From the NCBI GenBank assembly GCA_965219415.1, contig CBDCNP010000002.1, forward strand, positions 1,792,001-1,856,000: a stretch of DNA of 64,000 bases, given 5' to 3'. The position numbers and the translations under genes were made by a program. Within the stretch, counting starts at the first letter, position 1, and each line of letters starts with the position of its first letter. Source of the DNA: Candidatus Marinacidobacterales bacterium (lineage in GTDB: Bacteria; Acidobacteriota; Vicinamibacteria; Marinacidobacterales; DATDRI01). Positions 41,169 through 55,383 of this stretch are shown here, in pieces. The notes beneath the pieces are model-generated. The model was not told the origin of the DNA and made no database searches. It worked only from the letters and a program-made list of their open reading frames with translations.

Positions 41169-43752
41169 TGTTTTTGTCCACCCGGTCTGGCCCACTTTGA
41201 TCATTTCATTTGGCCCACCCTAAGTTATTGATTACACACGAAGAGAAGTAATAAGTGCCCCTTTCCTCTGTTGCGGCCGGAGCTAAGTGAAGGCCGCCTC
41301 GAGTGAAACCGGAGCAAAGCGTGTTCTGTCATGATGTTGCCGTCTTTTTCCGGGTTTTGAGCGAGCGACGGAAGCGATAGGACTCGGTACCGGTTTCGAG
41401 GATGTGAGCCTGGTCGGTGAGCCGGTCCAGTAGCGCTTTGCACAGCCGGGCGTTTGTGAACACTTGCGTCCATTCCGAGAACGGCAAGTTAGTGGTGATG
41501 ACGGTCGCGGCGCGCTCACATCGTTCGGAGACGACCTGAAACAACAGTTCGGCACCGACCTCGGCGAGCGGTACGTAGCCGAGTTCGTCGATGCACAGCA
41601 GTTCGAAGCGGGCGTGCTTGCGAATAGCCTTAGAAAGCTGGAGCTCCTCCTTGGCCTCGACGAGTTCGTTGACGAGCCTCGACGCGGTCGTGAACCGCAC
41701 TCGACGACGCTGCTGGCAGGCCTCTACACACAGCGCGGTGGCGAGATGGGTTTTGCCAGTGCCGGCATCGCCGAGAAAAATCACCGGCTCTGCCCGCTCG
41801 AGGTATCTACCCTCAGTGAGTTGGCGGATTCGCTGAGCGGACAGCTTCGGTGACAGCGAGAAGTCGAACTCGTCGAGCGTCTTCGCTCTCGGCAGCTGTG
41901 CTTCCTTCAGCCGTCTCTGAACCGTTCGGTGTTCTCGCTCTTCGACTTCAGAGCTGAGCAGAACCTCCAGATAACCCACGTGGGTTTGTTTTTCGCGGCT
42001 AGCTTGTTCTGCGAGCTTGTGGAACTGAGCTGACACCGTTGGCATCCGAAGCGTCTTGCAATGCTGCTGGATCGTCTGAATCTCGACGGGTTGTCTCATC
42101 GACTTACCTCGTGTGCCTGCTCATCCACGAGTCGGTCGTAGTGACCCACGTGAGGTAGAGGACGTTCGTAGCGCGCCAGCTCACCGAGTTGAGATTGGAC
42201 TAGCTCTGACGATGCCGCGCGCGAAAGCGATGGAGACTCGACAAGGTGCCGAATCGCGTCTGCATCGATACAGCCGATCTCAAGCGCCACACGCAACGTA
42301 TCTCTTAGCTGGTCGTAACCGTGTCGGCGTCCAAGCTGCACGAGTTCGATCATCTGACGCGTGCCTTCTTGCTTGCCCGTGACGACGATTCAATCGCTTC
42401 CACACTTCATCGTAGCTCGCTGGCCACCGTCCTTGCTCGCGCCACTGCGCCAGAGGCGTCGACCCGGCTAAGGCTCCGGGTTTGCGCTCGAGGACGTCCA
42501 AGTAGTGTTCAAGATCTAGTACTTGTTTCATGCGGTCGTAGCAGCGTTCGTGACGCGCCACCCGGCGTCCCTCGTGCCAGACCTCAACTTCAAGCGGCAT
42601 CAGCTTGGCCACCGCACGTTGGCCGCGCTTGAGCGGCGTCGAGTACCAGTTCGTGCCCGCACGGACGCAACCCTTCTTATCCACCAGACCGATTCGTCTT
42701 TCTTCGAGCTCGAAACCCTGCGTCGCCAGTGGCAACAGGTGCTCGCGTTCGTACTCCATCCCAACACCAACCGTATGTGCTTTGCCGGAGATGTGACGTT
42801 TCTCCTCCTTGCGGCAACACGTCAGCAGGTAGTCGTTCAGCTCTTCCCAATCCGTGAACTCAGGGACCGGCGTCCAGTGATTGCGGCGGAAGTAGCCGAC
42901 CTCGCTTTCCACACCGCCTTTCTCGTTTCCACGGCTCGGATTGCAAAATTCCGACTCAAAACTCCAATGCGAGCGAAACATGATGAACCGTTCTGTTTGC
43001 TCACGTTGGTGACCCCGAAGGATCTTCCTCACCGCCAGCGATAGGTTGTCGTAACGCAGCCGGTGGAACACCCCGCCGAAAAACTCGAACGCCTTCTCGT
43101 GCGCTTCGAAAAACGCTTGCTGCGTCGGACGCGGATACCCTCGATGCAACGCCCCTCCGCTTGCCATGCTCCGAACCACCAGCACGTAGACCTTCTGCTC
43201 TCGCCCTCCGATCCGTGAGTGAGCCTCGTACCAGTCCACTTGGCCTTCACCGCCCCACTCGTAACTCTGGGGCACGAACACTTCGGCGTCCTTCAACCCC
43301 AGCTCTCGCCTCCGACGACCTACGTAGCGACGTATCGTTGGTTCCGCTATCTCATGTCCCGGATACTCCTCAATCACACGACTCCAGATTCGATGAGCCG
43401 TGTGACGCTGTTTGCGCGGGGCTCGCTTGTCTCCTTCCAGAATCCCGTCGATGAACTCGACCACTGGACCCAGTTTCGGTGACGCCCGTTCTGGACATTT
43501 ACGCTCCCGTGGCACAGCCTTCTCCAGGGCCTGTCGCAACCATTCGTCGGTGAACACCGTACTTCGTTGCAACTCCTTGAATCGTTCCAACTCCGCGTTC
43601 GTACTCTCGCCTCATCTGCTCGAACAGTCGCACTTTGGCACCCCTTTCCAACCGACACCTCCTTCCCGGGACTTCGCCCCGGGAAGACTAACGGTTCGAT
43701 ACGGGTGGGCCAAATCAGACGATCAATATGGGCCAAAACAGAGTAGCAAACA
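41169..43752 (-). mobile_element. IS21-family element: istA (~42096..43651, frameshifted) and istB (41329..42099)
   Basis: istA QVDW, RYDN and NEKGGVE; ist[27 protein letters not shown] and LLDRL; TG..CA ends with internal TGGCCCA repeats. Confidence 0.92.
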
Positions 43753-43820
43753 CACGGCCATCCTGTGGTTCGAACAGGTGCTCGCCCGCACATGAACATC
43801 ATCTATAAAGAAGAGACCGT

Positions 43821-44901
<1,081 letters not shown>

Positions 44902-45067
44902 GGTGCTTCCGCCATTAAGTGTTGGTGAGATGACGCTAATACCTTACGCTGCATTAACTTACAGTCAAAATAGCGCTCGCAACCTTCGCTGCGCGGTAAA
45001 TGGAGCGTAAGCGCCTCTTTTGCAAAGGAATGCGTACACATCACCAACAGTAAATAGCGCAAGCACC
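44902..45067 (+). repeat. MITE family C copy
   Basis: GGTGCTT...AAGCACC, 166 bp. Confidence 0.9.
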
Positions 45068-45520
45068 CCTCCCGCACCAACAATCGTTCCAACCCAGCCT
45101 TGACTCAAAAAGCGGATAAATTCCTGCATGCCAAGTTCCTATCTATCCGAAAAGCGGTGCGGCTCAGACGATTTCCGAACGCGGTTTCCGTCCATCCTCG
45201 TCGTGGCTATTCATTTGGTGCTCCTGCCATCGAGTGTTGCTACACCGCTAAAGGCATTTGAAGGTTAGTGTCAGTTGGCCTGGGGGTATTGTCAATACGG
45301 ATCTGGGATGGCTGGCTATACCTGGCCGTCATCATCTACCTGTTCTCGCGTCGTACCATTGGCTGGTCGATGCAACCCGTCGTGTCCAAAAACACAAAGG
45401 CGTTGCCAAGCCCTTGATGGTTGCGCTCTCCACGATAATGATAGATGAACCCGGCGACGGCCCGGCGCACGGGTCTTAGAGTTCGTTTGTATTTTTTGAC
45501 ACGACGACGACGCTGGGATC

Positions 45521-46438
45521 TCAATACGAAAGCTTGCGGTAGACCTTACCCATCGTTTGGCCGATAGGATGGAGTGTCGGCTCAAGCGCGGAGCCGCGCC
45601 GCCACACCAGTGCGATGGTCCGCTTGGGAGGATCTCCGGCGAAGCGACGGATGCGGAGCGTCCCTCGGCGGTTCTCTACATCAATCGCGAGGGATGGGAG
45701 AAGGGTTCCGCCAGCGCCGCTCGCCGCCATTTGCGCAAGGGTGGACAGGCTGGTGGCGCGCACCGCCATCTCGTCCGCACCGGCCTTCGAGCAAAACGAG
45801 AGCGCTTGATCGCGGAAGCAGTGACCGTCGTCCAGAAGCAGGAGCGCGTGGCCGTCGAGGTCGTGTCCGCGGATGCGTCGCTTACCGCGAGCGAGTGGGT
45901 GGTCCGGTGGCGCCGCGAACACGAACGGATCGTCGCCGAGCACGACGCGCTCCACGGAACCGATATCCGCTTCCAGCGCCAAGATCGCGCCTTCAATCTT
46001 GCCGTCCCGCAGTCGCGCCATCAACGTCTCGGTCTTGTCCTCGATCCACAGCAGAGTGAGCTTCGGGTACGCGGCACGGAGGCGAGGCACCAGATCCGGC
46101 AACAGGTACGGACCGATGGTGGGGATGACGCCGAGCCGAAGTGTGCCCAAGAACGGGTCGGCCAGCCGCGTAGCGCTGTCAACAAGCTCCTCCATCGATC
46201 TCAGGAGCGTGCGCGCGCGCGCGACGATATCGGTGCCGGCGGGAGTCACGAGCACGTGGCGTCGGTCGCGCTCGAAGACGCGGACCCCGAGGGCGCCCTC
46301 CACCTGTGCGATCTGCACCGAGAGCGAAGGCTGAGAAACGTGGCACTCGGTCGCAGCTCTCCGAAAATTCCTTCGCTCCGCCACCGCGACGATGTATTGG
46401 AGCTGGCGCACGGTGACAGGATGAGGGCTCAGTATCAT
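45521..46438 (-). CDS. oxyR: OxyR-like LysR regulator
   Basis: LysR HTH, LGVIPTIGPYLLP and LLLLDDGHCFRDQALSFC (both redox Cys); divergent from dps. Confidence 0.88.
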   Translation of the reverse strand: MILSPHPVTVRQLQYIVAVAERRNFRRAATECHVSQPSLSVQIAQVEGALGVRVFERDRRHVLVTPAGTDIVARARTLLRSMEELVDSATRLADPFLGTLRLGVIPTIGPYLLPDLVPRLRAAYPKLTLLWIEDKTETLMARLRDGKIEGAILALEADIGSVERVVLGDDPFVFAAPPDHPLARGKRRIRGHDLDGHALLLLDDGHCFRDQALSFCSKAGADEMAVRATSLSTLAQMAASGAGGTLLPSLAIDVENRRGTLRIRRFAGDPPKRTIALVWRRGSALEPTLHPIGQTMGKVYRKLSY

Positions 46439-46439
46439 G

Positions 46440-46465
46440 ATAGATATACACTATCATAATAATAT
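46440..46465. promoter_or_regulatory. OxyR-type box ATAG-N7-CTAT-N7-ATAT
   Basis: ATAG atataca CTAT cataata ATAT in the AT-rich oxyR-dps spacer. Confidence 0.7.
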
Positions 46466-46540
46466 GAAAGATATCTTGGACGAATCAGCGGATTACTGGC
46501 ATCCTTGGGTCAGGAAAACGACGAAAGGAGACACCAAGAG

Positions 46541-47020
46541 ATGATGTACCCAAGCCCGAGCATGCTATCCGAACAAGTACGCCGCCGTGTCATCGAGAGC
46601 CTGAACGCACGGCTCGCGGACGGACTCGATCTGCACAGCCACATCAAAGTCGCGCACTGGAACATCCGGGGACCTCAGTTCCCGTCGCTCCATCCCCTGT
46701 TCGAGACGTTCGCGGTCAGCCTCGCCAACCACAACGATGCCGTTGCCGAGCGCGCGGTCACTCTCGGCGGCCAAGCGTACGGAACCGCCCGGCACGTCGC
46801 CGGAGCGTCGGCACTGACCGAATACCCTCAAGACACGACCCGCGATATGGAGCACGTGAAGTTGCTGGCGGATCGGATCGAAGCCTACTTGATCGGTCTA
46901 CGCGAATCGCGCGAAATCGCCAACGACACAGGCGATACCGATACCGCCGATTTGTTGACCGCCATCATCACCGAGTTCGAGAAGCACGACTGGTTCTTGC
47001 GGGCCTCGTTGGACGGCTAG
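46541..47020 (+). CDS. dps: Dps (DNA protection during starvation) ferritin-like protein
   Basis: AHWNIRGPQF.SLH.LFE, D.VAERA..LGG and D.DTADL...EK..WFL; AAGGAG RBS. Confidence 0.93.
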   Translation: MMYPSPSMLSEQVRRRVIESLNARLADGLDLHSHIKVAHWNIRGPQFPSLHPLFETFAVSLANHNDAVAERAVTLGGQAYGTARHVAGASALTEYPQDTTRDMEHVKLLADRIEAYLIGLRESREIANDTGDTDTADLLTAIITEFEKHDWFLRASLDG

Positions 47021-47401
47021 CTAGATCGTCCCCGTCGTGTCCGAAAATGCGAACGGAGCCGAAAGCTCGAATCCTAGAGGCGTTGTCAAATTCGCGGAGA
47101 CCAGCCGACGCGGCACGGGCTCTGCGATAGGCGACCCCGAGCAGAGCTCTCCTTCAGACCATTCGTTCCGTTCAGCGGGCGCGCCCGAACCCGTCGTGTC
47201 CAATAATACAAACGAACTCAACACCGACTAGCTGGCCCACAACACTTGATGGCGGAAGCACCCACAACCGGTTAATGGTGCTACCATGGACCACCTCAGA
47301 CCTCCTGACGACTGAGAAGAGTTTCCGCGAGATTTAGAGATATCGTAACCTCTGTATGTCGAAGATGAAGCTTACGACGATAATGTGAAAGAGTTCACTG
47401 G

Positions 47402-47869
47402 ATGAAGCTGCGGATTGACTGGGCTCGCCCGATCCAGCTCAGGAGGCCAGAGGGGATATCACGTATCTACGACCTTGACCTTAGCAAGGTCTGCGATGCA
47501 GCAGGGATCTACATCTTTGGAAGGCGGTGGGGCCGGCACTTCGAAGCGTTGTATGTGGGCAGGGCGAGCAACGTCCGCGGACGCGTCAAGGGGCATCTCA
47601 ACAACCTGCGTTTAATGCGGCATCTTCACAACGCCAAGACTGGAAAGCGGGTTCTGTTAGCCGGCAGACTTGTGACAAAGCGCGGCCAACAACTATCCAA
47701 GTGCTTGGCCTTGGCCGAGCGGGCTCTCATCCGGCATTTCTTGTTGGAAAGGCGACGACTTAGTCAACAAGCAAGGTACCAAACCTCGCAGGCATCAACT
47801 AGAGTTCTCGGGTCGGTATCCAAAACGATTCTTCCCGGAAGTGATTTACCTGGAGAAAACAAAAAATGA
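47402..47869 (+). CDS. GIY-YIG-like hypothetical protein (possibly frameshifted at 3' end)
   Basis: GIYIF...LYVGRASNVRGR...H...E pattern. Confidence 0.5.
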   Translation: MKLRIDWARPIQLRRPEGISRIYDLDLSKVCDAAGIYIFGRRWGRHFEALYVGRASNVRGRVKGHLNNLRLMRHLHNAKTGKRVLLAGRLVTKRGQQLSKCLALAERALIRHFLLERRRLSQQARYQTSQASTRVLGSVSKTILPGSDLPGENKK

Positions 47870-48107
47870 ATAGCAGATCAACGCGGCGACGTGGCTTCTC
47901 CCCACAATTGGCCGCAAATGAGCCAGGATTCGCGCGCGAGTTCAGAAAGGTTCCAGACCCTTCAGACCGATAGGCCCAAGCTGCCGGCGAGGAGCACAGC
48001 GACGGCGGGCGCTGCGTAGTACGAGACGCGGATCAGGCCCGTGGAGGCCCGGCAGGACGACGCAGACATAGCGACTACAGCGACTTACGCCACCGCGGGC
48101 CGGCATC

Positions 48108-48150
48108 CTGTCCCTTCCATAAACTCGAGCTGTATGAGATTGGCGAACTG
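48108..48150 (-). repeat. Right end F of another rve-integrase element
   Basis: GTTCGCCAATCTCATACAGCTCGAGTTTATGGAAGGGACAG; also 62997-63039 (after an integrase C-terminus) and partially at 31385-31402. Confidence 0.75.
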
Positions 48151-48188
48151 GGCGTTCGAGTATTTGGACCAGACGCGAGAGAAAGAGG

Positions 48189-48872
48189 TCAAGATTCTAT
48201 CTGAATATTGGCGTTGCTCGGGTTACAGCATTCCGAGTCCCGCACACAGCGACAACCGCCGACCGCTAGGAGAGCGCCGAGCACCGGAGCCGTGAGATAG
48301 ATCCAGAGAGCTTGGACGTGTCCACTCACCAGCGCGGGTCCGAGGGAGCGCGCCGGATTCATCGACGCACCCGAGACGGGTCCCCCGAAGAGAGACCCTA
48401 GGGCGACGGCTCCACCTACGGCGACTCCTGCCAATAGGCCCTTCTCTTTTTCGCCGGTGGAAACGCCGAGAATCACGAACATCAGAATGGATGTGAGGAG
48501 CACCTCAAGAACGAAAGACTGCGAAGCCCGACCAGCGGGAATTGTCGCGCCGAAGGTCTGGCTCTCCAGAAACAACGCACGAACGATGAGGCTGGCAGCG
48601 AGGGCACCTGCGGACTGACTAACGACGTAGGGCGCAACCTCACGGCGCGACATTCGCCCCGAGGCCCAGAACCCTAGTGTCACGGCGGGGTTCAAATGCG
48701 CACCGGAAACGTCCCCCACCGAATAGATCATTGCCATGACCACCAGACCGAACGTGAGGGCCACGCCTACGTGGGAAATAACTCCCCCGTTGAGCTCGTT
48801 AATAACGATGGCGGCAGTGCCAGCGAACACGAGCGCAAAGGTACCAATGGATTCAGCCAGATAGCGTTTCAT
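48189..48872 (-). CDS. MIP/aquaporin (NIP/AqpS-like) with Cys-rich tail
   Basis: SGAHLNPAVT and SGASMNPARS; tail CRCVRDSECC. Confidence 0.92.
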   Translation of the reverse strand: MKRYLAESIGTFALVFAGTAAIVINELNGGVISHVGVALTFGLVVMAMIYSVGDVSGAHLNPAVTLGFWASGRMSRREVAPYVVSQSAGALAASLIVRALFLESQTFGATIPAGRASQSFVLEVLLTSILMFVILGVSTGEKEKGLLAGVAVGGAVALGSLFGGPVSGASMNPARSLGPALVSGHVQALWIYLTAPVLGALLAVGGCRCVRDSECCNPSNANIQIES

Positions 48873-48929
48873 GGGGGCCCGATTATAACGGCTAGGCGGA
48901 AGTCGCTACGGTGAGTCGCTCGAGATGAT

Positions 48930-49401
48930 CCGCGGTATCCCCATGTCGGGTTCTCCCGCGCCATGCGTACCATGAGCTCACGGATGTCCTTCGCCGTTGG
49001 AGGTCGGCCTGGACTCCGGTTCTTGCTGCCATCGTACTTGGCTGCGATGAGGTAGCGGTACCAGCGCAGAAGCGTAGCGGGTGTGGCAACCGACGCAATC
49101 TGGGCCAGCGCCTCGCGGCCTAAAACCTGGGCCTTGACGGCGAGCCTACGCCGGTCGTCGTCAGAGAGCTTGAGACGCTTGCCCCGAAGCCCGGCTCGGA
49201 GCACACGGTTCTCCTCTTGCAGGTAGTCAATCACATCCTGCTGCTGGCGGTTGACCCAGCCAGCCACAACGAGCAGTAGGAATTGCGCGTGGTACGTCAT
49301 CATGGGTCTGAAGATAACACCCTCGGGCCAGACGATTGTAAAGCCCACGGCCCTTGACCCGGTCGCAAACACAGACACTAAGCTGCTGATTTATGGTCTA
49401 T
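48930..49401 (-). mobile_element. rve-integrase 5' fragment with left end
   Basis: GWVNRQQQDVIDYLQEENRVL, TPATLLRWYR.LIAAKYD and MARENPTWGY; upstream DNA equals the right-end repeat inverted. Confidence 0.85.
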
Positions 49402-50716
<1,315 letters not shown>

Positions 50717-51117
50717 AAGGGTAGTCGTCACGCCATTCGGTCAAGAGTCCATCGGGTGCGGCCCCGGTGAAAAGCCGTGCGGTGCGTTTGGTGCGCCATC
50801 GCGAGGTTAGCCGGACCGTCTTGTAACGGTTGCTCGCCACGGACCCGGATGTGTGCTGTCTTGCCTTATTGGGGCATGCTGGCTTTCTCGACCCGACGCT
50901 CCGAATGCGAGCGATGAACTCGGGGATTTCGATAGTCGCATGTCCTTGGTCGCCGTGCTGACTCTCGGCGCCGAAAACGCCTGGGCGTCGTGTCCAAAAA
51001 CACAAACGAACTCAAGACCGGCGCGCCGGGATGTTTCGGATTAACGGCCTCGGCGCACCGCCGTGGGATGAGTTCGCCAAGCCGGCCCGCGTGGCCGCCG
51101 AGATCTCCCTCCACCGC

Positions 51118-51213
51118 CCGTGCTCCGCAAAAAGTTGATCCAGCGTTGATTGCGCGTTTTAGACTTGCTATGGTCGGCTACTTCTAGCTGGTCTTCCTTT
51201 TTGCGGATCACAG
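51118..51213. repeat. MITE family E copy
   Basis: Matches 34326-34421. Confidence 0.8.
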
Positions 51214-52043
51214 CCGATTCACTCGAGGCCGAGCCGACCGCGAAACAACAAGCGCCCACACCAGCAACCAGAGCGCTACCGCCCCGGCGCTGATGCCGAG
51301 AACCAACACCGGATTGTAGGCGAGCGCCAGAGGAATGGCGGCGCTGGTCCACAGCCCGCCGCCCATGAACGGCTCGTGCATGAGCTGCTTGTAACCGAAG
51401 GCCGAGGTGGCGTCCGTATCGCCCTCGGGGTCGACAACGCGCAACAGCAAGAGGCCGGTGGCGGTGACGCCCATCGATTGCCCCATCTCGGCGATCGAGC
51501 GCTCGAACCACGAATCCGCTGGCAAGAGGCGACGCGCCAGCCACACCACGCAGAAGACATTCCACAGCACTCCGGCGGCGACCAGGATCGCCAAGGGCAC
51601 GAGCCCCCCCAGCACCACCTTCACATTGATGGTCGAGATCGCAGCCACCACCAGGAAATCCATGGCGGTGCCCGAGAGGCGCTGCATGAGGCGATGGTCG
51701 AGCGGATTGCGCTTGGTGAAGTTGGCGAAAAAGACCTGCACCACCAGACCACCGATCATGCACAGCGGAAAGAGCGGGAAACTGTTGAAAAAGGCGCGAC
51801 CGTCGGCGCTCGGAGGCCGCACCAGGAGCTCAACGCGCACCAAGCCGCTGTGGATCAGATAGCCAATGAAGACACCGAGACCGATGATGGCGAGATGGAA
51901 GCTGAGGCTGTCGATTGACGCCGCCGACACGGTCTGGCTCCCGGCACTCGGCCGTTCGGCTGGGTCGTAGACGCCTACGATACTGCTCTCAGGCATGTCC
52001 TCAATGCGCTTCAGTTGCTGGGTGTAGCCCCGGCGCGCCGCCC
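51214..52043 (-). pseudogene. Sodium:glutamate symporter (GltS-like) C-terminal half, cut by IS1
   Basis: PLFPLCMIGG, WFERSIAEMGQSMGVTATGLLLLRVVDP and FGYKQL. Confidence 0.8.
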
Positions 52044-53244
52044 GGTGCTTCCGCAATTAAGTGTTGGCGGCCAGCCTCTAACCGGTCTGCGTGCTAGAGT
52101 TTGAACCAGAATTCCGAAGACACAGTTCTCTCATCGTCAGGGCCGAGCCAAAGTGAAGAATCGCAGATGTCTCAATCTCGCATGTCCGTTGCGGGGCAAA
52201 GTCAGTTCCGGAAACATCGTTCGCCACGGATTCTACCGAACCAGGTCCGGGAAACGCCGTCGATACCGGTGCGGCGAGTGCGGAAAGACGTTCTCCTCGA
52301 CGAAAGGCACGCCCTACTACCGTCTCCAACATCGAAGAGCTACTTTCGATGTGGTCATCGCTCTCAGAGTCGAGGGTGTCAGCATTTCCTCGATTTCCCG
52401 GGTCGAAGGGATTGCCTGGAACACCGTCGCCCGCTGGCTCGAGAAGGCAGTCCAAGTGTGTCGTCGATTCAATCACAGAAGGATCGCTGGCTTCGCTGCC
52501 GAAGAGCTTCAAGCCGACGAGATTCGCACGTTCGCGGGCAACAAGAAGACACCGAGTGGGGTCTTCGTTACAATCGAGGTCTGGTCTCGGCTCTGGCCAT
52601 CGACGGTGACGGGAAGGCGAAGCTACCGGAACACTCACGCTCTGTTTCGCGACCTTTCGAGACGGATGAATTTCGAGCGTCTTCCCTTGATCGTCACGGA
52701 TGGATTCGAATTCTACCAGAAGGTCATCCGTCGCTTCTTCGGGCCAGCGTGTCTTTATGGCCAGGTCCTCAAGACGCGCAGGAACGATCGCATCATCAAG
52801 GTCGAACGGAGAGTGCTGCACGGAGCCGCGTGGCGATTCGAAGACGCGCTCAATAACTCCGAGGACTCTTCGACATTGAACACGTCGTTCATCGAGCGGT
52901 TGAATCTGACCATCCGGCAAAGCTCGGCATACCTTTCGAGACGAACGCTTTCCCACGCTCGCTCGACGGAGAGGCTCGATGAGCACCTGGAGTTGCTCCG
53001 TTGCTATTACAACTTCGTCCGACCGCACCGGAGCTCTGAAGTTCGGACGTGAGATCCGAACTCCGGCTATGCAGGCTGGTCTGACGACGCGACGGCTCAC
53101 CTTTCGAGACATCTTCTTGGCGACGACGATTCCTTTGTGGTCGCGGATCGAGGTTTTCGTGCTCAGTAGGGCGCGCAACCCGCTCTCTTCCGCACCTGTA
53201 CCACTGCCCGCAGCCGCGTAGCAACACTTGACGGCGGAAGCACC
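52044..53244 (+). mobile_element. IS1-family element (transposase 52153..~53220, frameshift near the 3' end)
   Basis: CLNLAC...RYRCGECGKTF zinc ribbon, QADEI, VTDGF..Y and NTSFIERLNLTIR; IRs GGTGCTTCCGC.ATTAAGTGTTG; left-end fragment repeated at 63427-63562. Confidence 0.88.
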
Positions 53245-53267
53245 GATTAGAGGTGTCTAGGCTTGGT

Positions 53268-53415
53268 TGTGCCTTCTATTTATTCATCCGCCAGCCCCAT
53301 GGGTCGGAAGTCAGCCCTGCGGCGCGAAATACCCTGGATTCTGCGCGGATTCCAAGGGCGTCTAAGCTGCTGATTTGTGGTCTATTTCTAAAGGGCCGAG
53401 TTTTGGCACAGGACG
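53268..53415 (+). repeat. MITE family A copy
   Basis: Matches 34044-34190. Confidence 0.9.
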
Positions 53416-53528
53416 AGGAAGAACTCCTCGGTTCCCTTCCCGGCGCGCCGTGCGAAAACCACGCCGATACCAATTGCGAAGAGGAGATACGCAACGACAA
53501 TGCTCCAATCTAGTGCAGAAAGCGCCAT
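53416..53528 (-). pseudogene. Sodium:solute symporter N-terminal stub cut by MITE A
   Basis: MALSALDWSIVVAYLLFAIGIG...RRAGKGTEEFFL. Confidence 0.7.
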
Positions 53529-53654
53529 GGCTGGCTGGATTCTACAACGAGTTCTCGGCCAAGCGTCAGGATTCACGCTTGGCAACGTCCCCATAAATAG
53601 TGTACTAAAAGTCGAAATGTTGACCGATTATGCGTTCACGAAAGGAATCGCAGT

Positions 53655-55349
53655 ATGTCCAAACGAAGCCTTCGGACTATAGCGGGCGTTTTTCTCACCT
53701 GCCTTACGTGTCTTTGTTCCTCTGCGGCGCACGGCTCCCCGACAAGCAGTGAATACGACGATTTGGTGGCGCTATTTAACGACTTTCGTGAATTTCAAGA
53801 GCCGATAATCACCAACGGCGTGCCCGACTACACTGGCGCCGCCATCAAACAAAAGTACGCCGGCCTAAGGGGGTATCAAGAACGCCTCGCCGCGATGACG
53901 ATAGATGATTGGCCGGTCTGGCAAAAAGTCGACTATCACCTGGTTCGCGCCGAGATGAATGCCGTGGAATTCCATTACCGAGTACTCAAACCCTGGGCAC
54001 GTGACCCTGGTTTCTACTCGATACGGCAGGGAGACGCTGGGCCGTCAATGAACGTGGAGAGGTTCTTGTCCCCCCTTTTTGACATGGAGCTTCCTCTGTC
54101 AAGTGAGGATGAAGCGAGAGCCGAAGCAATACTAGAAGCCATCCCGAACATCTACAAACAGGCAAGAGGCAATCTGACCGAAGCCGCAGGTGACTTCGCC
54201 GAGCTGGCTATACGGGACAATGTGAGAGAAACCCGAACCTTCGATCGAATCGCCGAACGGTCACAGGAACACCATCCGGCTCTGGCTGCCAGTGCAAAAC
54301 GCGCCGGAGACGCCATACGCGATTACGTTGAGTGGCTGAAACAAAATAAACACAAGATGACGGCACCCGCCGGGATCGGCAAGGAGAATTACAGTTGGTG
54401 GATGAGAAATGTGCAGCTGTCACCCTGGGGCTGGGAAGAAAGCAATGCGATTATCCAAAGAGAATACGATCGCATCATCGTTTTTCTGAAACTGGAGGAG
54501 CAAAGAAATCGCCAGCTACCTCCACTCGAGGTAACCATGTCCGCAAAGGAATGGGAGGAGAGCCTACGCCAAGCCCTCCACTATGTCGTTGAATTCCTGC
54601 GCGACGAAGAGATCATGACTGTTCCCGATTGGGTCAACCCGAGAGATTACTACGCCCGCCGTCAGGGCGATGACCTCCCTGACCTCGACGACCTAGATGA
54701 CTCTCCGAGTGAAGAATTCTTGCCTGAAAACACCACCATCGACACTAAAGTACGTCAGCGTGAGATATTGCCCGGCGAAACCCATGAATACATAGGTCAC
54801 ATGCTCGATGGGCAAAGACGAAGACGCCTGACCAAAAGCCCCATCCGTAGTGCAAGGCGGCGTTACAACATGGGCTCTTTGCGTCTGGAAGGCTGGGCCG
54901 TCGCACTCGAGGAATTGTTGATGCAGGCCGGCGTACTCGACGAGCGGCCACGCAGGGGCAGAGAAATGGAATACCTGATGAATGCTTCCCATATGAGCCT
55001 GGCAATACCAGACATGAAAATGCACGCCAATGAAATCAATCTGGCTGAAGCAAGACGCCTTTGTGCAGAGATTATGCCGCGCGGCTGGTCACAAGAAGAC
55101 GAAGGTATGGTCTGGTTTGAGATGAAATCCAACGTGCGTAATCCAGGCGGCTTTCATAGCAATGTAGTCACGGGTAAAGCCTATTTCATGAAGATGTTCA
55201 GAGAACGCGCGCAGGAATTGGGTGACAAATTCGTGCTCAGGGACTTCATCGATGAGTTTCTGTCTGCCGGCATCATCCCGATGTCATTGATTAGATGGGA
55301 AATGACCGGTAATAGTGACGACATCATACTGGTGACAGAGGATCTATAG
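53655..55349 (+). CDS. DUF885-family exported protein
   Basis: Signal peptide, PWARDPGFY, EILPGETHE..GH, EGWA.ALEE and F.LRDF.DEFL.AG.IPMSLIRWEMTG. Confidence 0.75.
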   Translation: MSKRSLRTIAGVFLTCLTCLCSSAAHGSPTSSEYDDLVALFNDFREFQEPIITNGVPDYTGAAIKQKYAGLRGYQERLAAMTIDDWPVWQKVDYHLVRAEMNAVEFHYRVLKPWARDPGFYSIRQGDAGPSMNVERFLSPLFDMELPLSSEDEARAEAILEAIPNIYKQARGNLTEAAGDFAELAIRDNVRETRTFDRIAERSQEHHPALAASAKRAGDAIRDYVEWLKQNKHKMTAPAGIGKENYSWWMRNVQLSPWGWEESNAIIQREYDRIIVFLKLEEQRNRQLPPLEVTMSAKEWEESLRQALHYVVEFLRDEEIMTVPDWVNPRDYYARRQGDDLPDLDDLDDSPSEEFLPENTTIDTKVRQREILPGETHEYIGHMLDGQRRRRLTKSPIRSARRRYNMGSLRLEGWAVALEELLMQAGVLDERPRRGREMEYLMNASHMSLAIPDMKMHANEINLAEARRLCAEIMPRGWSQEDEGMVWFEMKSNVRNPGGFHSNVVTGKAYFMKMFRERAQELGDKFVLRDFIDEFLSAGIIPMSLIRWEMTGNSDDIILVTEDL

Positions 55350-55383
55350 GGGAACTCCCGGGGCTGCCAAGAAGGCACATCGC

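Noticed and set aside
41161-43760. Target duplication around the IS21 element
   Set aside because: Flanks GGCGGCCA and CACGGCCA are similar but not identical.
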